DNA of 57,616 nucleotides, counting the filler, from Platydemus manokwari (lineage: Eukaryota): the NCBI GenBank assembly GCA_037951405.1. It is 5 parts of 5 records of this genome, joined end to end, with 100 filler letters (N's around TTAATTAATTAA, not from the genome) between each part and the next. Parts side by side here need not be neighbours in the genome. Positions count along the whole stretch, not along the records: positions 48,614 to 57,616 come from JBBMOY011315760.1; 4 more parts are not named here. One strand, 5' to 3'. This document shows positions 51,341 through 57,616 of this stretch, in pieces. The notes beneath the pieces are model-generated. The model had not been told where the DNA came from. It saw only the letters and a program-made list of their open reading frames with translations, and searched no databases. The position numbers were made by a program, and so were the translations under genes. Numbering within the stretch: position 1 is the first letter of the stretch; every line of letters starts with the position of its first letter.

Positions 51341-52501
51341 AACATATTATATGGCATTTAATTAACATTGTCAAAACCTCAGTGCAATTCCTAGGTCAGT
51401 GATGCCTCTGTTAGGGCTCAATATATTATTTACTTAATATTTATGTAAGATATATTTATATTTTATACATAAATACAGCTATGTACAAAAAATATCATGC
51501 CATGACAATGATCTAATCGCCTTATCGAAATGAGATGAACTCTTATAACAATTGCCAAATTCAATATGAGAACGATTGTTTTTTATAAAAATGCATTGTT
51601 GACATCAAAAAAATCAAATGTTGCAAACTTTATTTTCGTTCACGCGCCTGATCAGTACGATACAAGAGCCTTTACAAACATCTCAAAAATTACAACGAGA
51701 ACTTTGTTTAAAATTTGCATTTAGTCCTCTTTACATTGGTATTTATACCTGAGATCTGTGTGCAATATTTGTATCAAGTTTGTATCAAATTTTGATGTGA
51801 TATTTAATTTCTCAAGTTTCTAATGGACTTTTTTGTATCCAAGGGATTAGTCCATACCTATGTATGTGTTACTGTGCGGTTAAGTCTCTTTTTCAATTTA
51901 TCATTTTGTATCTAAGTTAGCTTTGATTGGTTGATTGCCATGCTTGTATGGTTGTGTGAGCATGAAAATACTCAGAGTGCTAAAATAAGGATTCCAAAGT
52001 GCAAATTGTTTTTTCTCTTGTAAGATTTTATCTCTACTAAATAGTACGTACTATTAATAATATTCATAATGAATTAAGTTTAAAATAATTCAAGTTTAAA
52101 ATGATACGTATGAGTAACTGAGCAATTCTTATATGTTTTAGTTTTATAAACCCTTTCGTGAATAATGTGGAGACACCAAATACAACATAGACCCTCGATT
52201 CATAAATATTAAGAATATATATTATACACATTTATATGTGAGTTTACAACTGAACCTTGCTATTTGAACTTCCAGTAAAATACCAGGCATGTACAGAAAT
52301 CTGATCCTTGGTGCAAAAGTATTTCCTTTCTTCTATGATATAAATTCAGGACCATAGTGTACTAGGATTGGTTATTATCGTCGAATTTGTGGCTTCTTTA
52401 AAATTGTAAAGTAGTGCACGGAATAATTGTAGCCGCTGCCAGATACTGGCGTCGTATAAGTCACACTTGAAAATTTTCTATAATTATTTATTTAATGAAA
52501 T

Positions 52502-53330
52502 TGTTGGGGTTCTGTAACAATTTTATTCTTGTATCAATTGTATCATTTTTTTATTGTATCAATTTTTGTTTAATGAGCATGTATTTTTTAATATTTTGAC
52601 AATTCTTGGAATATTTGTGCAAATATCAGTTTGAAATATTGATATTTATAATAATCATTATTCATAAATGCGTAAAATAATAATATCATTGAAGCCATCA
52701 AGATCAAATCCGTCGAAATCCCCCAAAATAATAAATTAATAATAAATATTAACACGCAATAAGATATTGCTCAATAACAGCGACAAATGAATTGCTATCT
52801 ATTATCGCGCATGTAAATTCTATTACAGAAATTCTTTTACAGAATAAATTTAATCGAAAGATATTTTCTCTGTGGAATAAATTTATTCAGAGAGAAAATT
52901 TCTCTCACTAGTAAATAAATTCCAGCGAAAATAATAAATTCACTGGTATTAGATTTAATCGCAGAGAATATCGGCGAGTGCTTCAGCCTATACAATGCAG
53001 CAGTCACAATTAACACGACTATAATTTTACTACCATTATTTCCACTATCACATAAGTCACAGTTGCACGTCAATCAATTATCATATACGGGAAAGGCCAT
53101 TATTTCACGATTCAATCAACGCACAATAGAAGACCATTTAATGCAGAAGGACGGGATTTTTAAATGTCCAGTATCTAACTGGAAGATCACAAAATAAGAT
53201 CCATTCGTATAAAATACTGATTCATAATATATGTGGTATCGTTTATTTCCTACTATCGAGTTTGTTGCTCAAAAGTTCTAAAAGGTATTTGGTTCTGCTC
53301 CACGAATGGGAGTTAGTTAACCGCCCCTTT
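52502..53330 (+). mobile_element. LTR family C copy 2 (3' end not resolved)
   Basis: Starts TGTTGGGGTTCTG, like copy 1 TGTTGGTGTTCTG. Colinear blocks CAGTTTGAAATATTGATATTTATAATAAT, TAACAGCGACAAAT, GATATTTTCTCTGT, TGCAGAAG, TGGAAGA and TGCTCCA...TTAACCG. Confidence 0.78.
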
Positions 53331-55076
53331 GTTTAGGAGTTATAAGTATAAGTTGATGTATTGTGTGGTTTTAAAATCCACTTGTAACTTTTATGTTATT
53401 AATATTAATCCGTTTTTGTATTGTTGTTAATTGTTATTAAATATTTGTAGTAGTAAGTAGTTAGTTTTTATCATATAGGGATCATAAAGTCATTACTTAT
53501 GATCATTGTTATAAACTTAGTTAATAGTTAAAATAGGTTTATTCAACTTGAGACTGATAATTAATTTATAAAAATATATTGCTATTGCCACACCTATTGT
53601 CTTCCCACAATAAGGCTCTGAGAGGTGAAAGAACATCAACATAAGGTAGATTACATCTGCGGCCTTAATCAAGAGCTCATAGAGACTGATTAAATCAGTG
53701 ATGATATCAAAAAATATTAAGCTTAATAAAACAATAAAATCAATAAGACCCGAGCTTAACACAATGCATATATGTTTTTATTGTTGAAATTTATTATGAC
53801 ACAGAAATTCTCCTTGATTGAAATTCATTATAGTAGACAAATTCTCGATAATAATTTGATTCTACACGGTAGTTATTGACTAATATTTTAGCATGTCATA
53901 ATTTTTTAGGTGCGATAATATGTATCTTTCAATTTGCTAACGTTATTTTATTAGGGTTTGTTTTAATTTTTGAGTTTATTATATGTGAAATTTTAATGGG
54001 TTTTATTTAGTTATATAGATTTCGAATATTTCCAATGAGCTCTATATATTATTTCAGATTTAATTCATAAATCAATTTAATTGTATTGTATTTCCTTTCA
54101 AAAATTTCATAAAATTTAAAATATTACATAAAACTTTCAACATTATTTCATATTTTCAAATCGAATCGAAAATAACGTTCATAGAATATTGTAATATCAT
54201 ATACATAAAATAATAAACCATTCTTTAACTTTATACACCAAACTATTAAATTATTTTAAAATTATATTCAAGTTATAATTCAAGTTAAAATTATATATAA
54301 TTAGCACAGGAATGACGATCAAATCTGAGATGACTAAAAATGCGAAAAATAAAATTGAGAAAATACTGTTTTCCTAAAATATATCTAAGTTCGAAGACTA
54401 GAATTGTTTAATTATTGAACTAATGTTTGAATGGCATTGAGATTTTATTCTGACCTTGTTTTCTACAAATTCATTATTAACATTTTAGAAAGTCACATTA
54501 TAGTCAATTGACAAAAGAGACAATTTGTTTAAAATAAGGATGAAAAACTGGACCAAATAATAAATATTTAAAGTTGCATCTTTAAGCAATTTTTAGTGAA
54601 AGATTTATTTAAAAAAACCATCAAATAGATGTTGTTATCGAATAATAGTTAATATATGTATTTAAAACCAATTTATAATGGGTTTTTGAGTTGCAAAACA
54701 TGCAATGATTTACTCTAATTATTAGTAAATCCATTTTTTATAGTCATTGGAATTAAAATATTTTTGGATTTAAAAATACAATTTTTAGTATCCTTGAAAA
54801 GATATTTATCGTGTACCAAATTTGAATTAAATATAATTACCATTAAAAAAATTAATGCAAGCCCGATCAATTTTTTGGGTTAAATTAATAAATAAAATTT
54901 AATTATAAAATAAGTTAAATTAAAAACATGAAATATATATTATTAATAAAAAATCATATTGTAATTTGTAAAATAAAATACTATTTAAGAAATTAATCAT
55001 CGTTTTAAACCATCGTTTTAATAATTGTCATTTGATTTATTTATGAAATTAGAGTTTTTGATTAATTTATCTTCTC

Positions 55077-56438
55077 ATGAGCTGTAATCGATATATTAGT
55101 AATACTTCATATGGACTTTTAAAAGATTCAAATCCGTATCAGGGAATTCCGGAAAACTTTGTAGTAAACATTATAGCTTTTACCGTAAGAATTTTTTATG
55201 ATTTTATTTCGATTTTTAGTTAATCCATGAAATTTATAAATAAAAAATAATTTATAAATAAAATAAGTATTTTCCAAGCTGATTTTCCTGATTGTTGTAT
55301 GAATTAAGAATTTTTAAGGTTCTTATCAGTATTTTTTTAATACTACGACGATTTGCTTGGAATTACGGTGATTTGGCATGGTTACACAAACCACTAGATA
55401 TGTGGGTTTTTAAATCTGTTTTAGTCTTATATTTAATATTGAAGAATGGATGCAGCTCCATTAAAATCTTGGACATATAATTCAATGGATGAACCTGTTG
55501 ATAATGCTGAAAGAGTGTCGATATCCGAAAAAAGTAATACTGGCATAAGAGATGTATGGTTATCTATTGATGATAAATTTGGATTTGATTTATTAATATC
55601 TAGTTTTTATGGGACATTATACCATTGTTCTTAAAGATGAGGTTAGTTAATTGAACTATTTAAATTTGTAAATTAAAATCTCAATATCTCATTTGATCTT
55701 AAAATTAATTGTAAATAAATAATTAATGTTATTAGAACTCATAGCTTTACTTTCATAAATAATCCAAATATTTCAACAAAATCACGCAAAAATAATGAAT
55801 TACGCATGATATATAGTGTGACGTAATAACGAAGACTTTAGTCTTGACAATATAATTAAAATATGCCATGTAATTGGTAAGTTATTGAGCTAAATATAAT
55901 CAGAAAAATATAATCAGAATCGTGTACTCATTAGAAGTGTGAGATAAATAAATATTTAAAAATAATTTGTTATTCAATTATATGATAATTATAATCTTTA
56001 TTGTGGAAATAATTTTAATGGAAAATATCTGAGAAATATTTCATTTATTTAATTGAAGAATTTCAAAAGCAATGAAATATGAATTTTTTGTTTTAATATC
56101 ATAAATAGTGATTTGCATTAGTGTATCAGTAATGATTTTCATTGTTAAAAATTTTTTTTATTGTTTATTTTTCAAGGATAAATATTATCAATCCAATACA
56201 TTTATTTATTTTATAAGTGAAGTTTACAAGTTAAACATGTGACACTTTAATTAGATGATAATTCATTTTTCTCGTCAATCAATCAGCAATGAATTTATAT
56301 AATTGAGTGGCTTATTTATTGAGAACTTTTTTTGCTTTTATCACTACATTTATATAATTCAGAAAGTTATTTTGTATGCATTATTGATACAGTTAATAAC
56401 ATTGATTTTTCATTATTTTTTTTATTATGATTTACCTG

Positions 56439-56488
<50 letters not shown>

Positions 56489-56682
56489 TATTTTCAATAG
56501 TATGAGGAATTTTTGATTTTTTTTCTTTTTAATAAATAGCGATAAAAAGGTTGGTAAACGGTGCGGACCAGATGCTGTGATCTATTTTCGATTTCAAAGG
56601 GGTTTAATTCTTGTAGCTGCTGTCATGGTGGTATTATGCCTCACAATTATTGTACCTATCAATTTATTTGGAGGACTATATT
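55077..56682 (+). CDS. TMEM63: TMEM63/CSC1 (OSCA-family mechano/osmosensitive cation channel), first five exons
   Basis: Spliced: MSCNRY...YQGIPENFVVNIIAFT|VLISIFLILRRFAWNYGDLAWL...|...|FLWDIIPLFLKMS|DKKVGKRCGPDAVIYFRFQRGLILVAAVMVVLCLTIIVPINLFG. The CGxDAxxYxxFQR...PIN motif is typical of TMEM63. The gene continues beyond the window. Confidence 0.9.
56442..56491. repeat. (TAT)n microsatellite
   Basis: About 16 perfect TAT units; shorter tracts at ~37640-37675, ~40726-40745 and ~51042-51066. Confidence 0.95.
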
Positions 56683-57540
56683 GTGAGATTTATCTAATGC
56701 ATTTATGACTATAATGATTTATTGAATTCATATATTTTTTATCTATTTTACTTAATTAATAATAATAATAATCATAATAATAATTTATTACAATTCTCCC
56801 TAAGTGAATAACTATTTTTTGTACAAATTATAGAAGAAACTATTTACATTGAAGTATGCATGTTATGAATATATCTTTGTAATTCTATTCAACATTTTTT
56901 TTATAATTTGGTTGTTTATTTCTAAAATTATGCCAAGAATGAATCCCAGTGTGTACAGTCAGTCTTATTAAGTATCACAATTATGTAAATCACTTATGTT
57001 GCACGTTATTGTTGATGTCTCTTGGTTTATTATTTGGTTCTACTAACATGTTGGCTTGATTAAACTAACATAATATTTCTGAAGCGAGTATTTATGCAGT
57101 TATTGGAATTTGATTAAAATATTAAAAGATATATTAACAGATATCGAATGTAAGAATTTTTGATTGAATTAAATTTTTAAAGATTTAATTCAAATTTTAT
57201 ATAAAATTATAGTAATTTGTTTAAATAATTGTATCGAAACAGATAATTTGGCGAGATGACTTTTCAGTTCGTTTTCGATGCTTGCTTTATAAAATGGTAG
57301 AGGGTTGCATTGAGAAGATTAATGACTGAAAACTTTGGAAAAGAAAGAGGAAGATATTGAGAAGTAGGGGAGACATAAAGAAGATTGAAGAATTATATTT
57401 TTTTTGTGTAGATAAACATGCAGAGTATTCGACACAATGTCAATTAAGAATACAAAATAAATCAAATATTTTAAAGAAAGGAGGAAATGAGAATTTTTAA
57501 CTGAATTAAATTTTTAAAGATTTAGTTCAAATTTTATAGT

Positions 57541-57616
57541 TATTAGGTTGGTGCAAAAATAATGGCCTTTTTTAAATTGGCTTTTCATTTTTAAATATTA
57601 AATTGAAGATCTTATG
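57541..57616 (+). mobile_element. Mariner terminus (cecropia/Hsmar1-like TIR), continues beyond the window
   Basis: TA followed by TTAGGTTGGTGCAAAAATAATGGCCTTTT, matching the TTAGGTTGGTGCAAAA start of cecropia-subfamily mariner TIRs. Confidence 0.8.

Noticed and set aside
56303-56500. Hydrophobic small ORFs with poly-Ile (also 36538-36726, 30388-30618, 9154-9351)
   Set aside because: Products of (TAT)n microsatellites and AT-rich non-coding DNA.
36783-56682. Otoferlin-like gene next to TMEM63 as a mechanosensory gene cluster
   Set aside because: Separated by an artificial spacer; the ferlin lacks both ends, so adjacency is unsupported.
1-57616. CRISPR arrays, operons or prokaryote-type defence systems
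   Set aside because: The sequence is eukaryotic with spliceosomal introns; no repeat-spacer array or bacterial-like gene block seen.

Overview
Very AT-rich, intron-containing animal DNA. It is probably a triclad planarian, inferred from the ~45-55 nt introns, the cecropia-type mariner end and the TE spectrum; this is not proven. The window is five ~9-13 kb contigs joined by artificial 100-bp spacers (N44-TTAATTAATTAA-N44), so adjacency across spacers is unreliable and most genes are truncated. Host genes read by hand: an intronless Gemin5 (-), the 3' exons of ERCC8/CSA (-), an AGAP/centaurin-gamma-type PH-ArfGAP-ankyrin gene (-), the ATR kinase/FATC end (+), a long part of an otoferlin-like type II ferlin (+), the first exons of TMEM63/OSCA (+) and an internally deleted IFRD pseudogene. 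The rest is mostly decayed mobile DNA: several Ty3/gypsy copies, long solo LTRs, a NeSL/Utopia-like RLE non-LTR element, LINE scraps, a Buster-type hAT derivative with a perfect 8-bp TSD, a MITE and mariner ends. No intact novel multi-gene system is evident. The best leads are a two-copy LTR family with a palindrome array before its TATA box, two degenerate hammerhead-like cores, a +1-frame extension of Gemin5, an RFX X-box cluster, a duplicated cell-cycle-type promoter module and a 17-residue polybasic tract in the ferlin.
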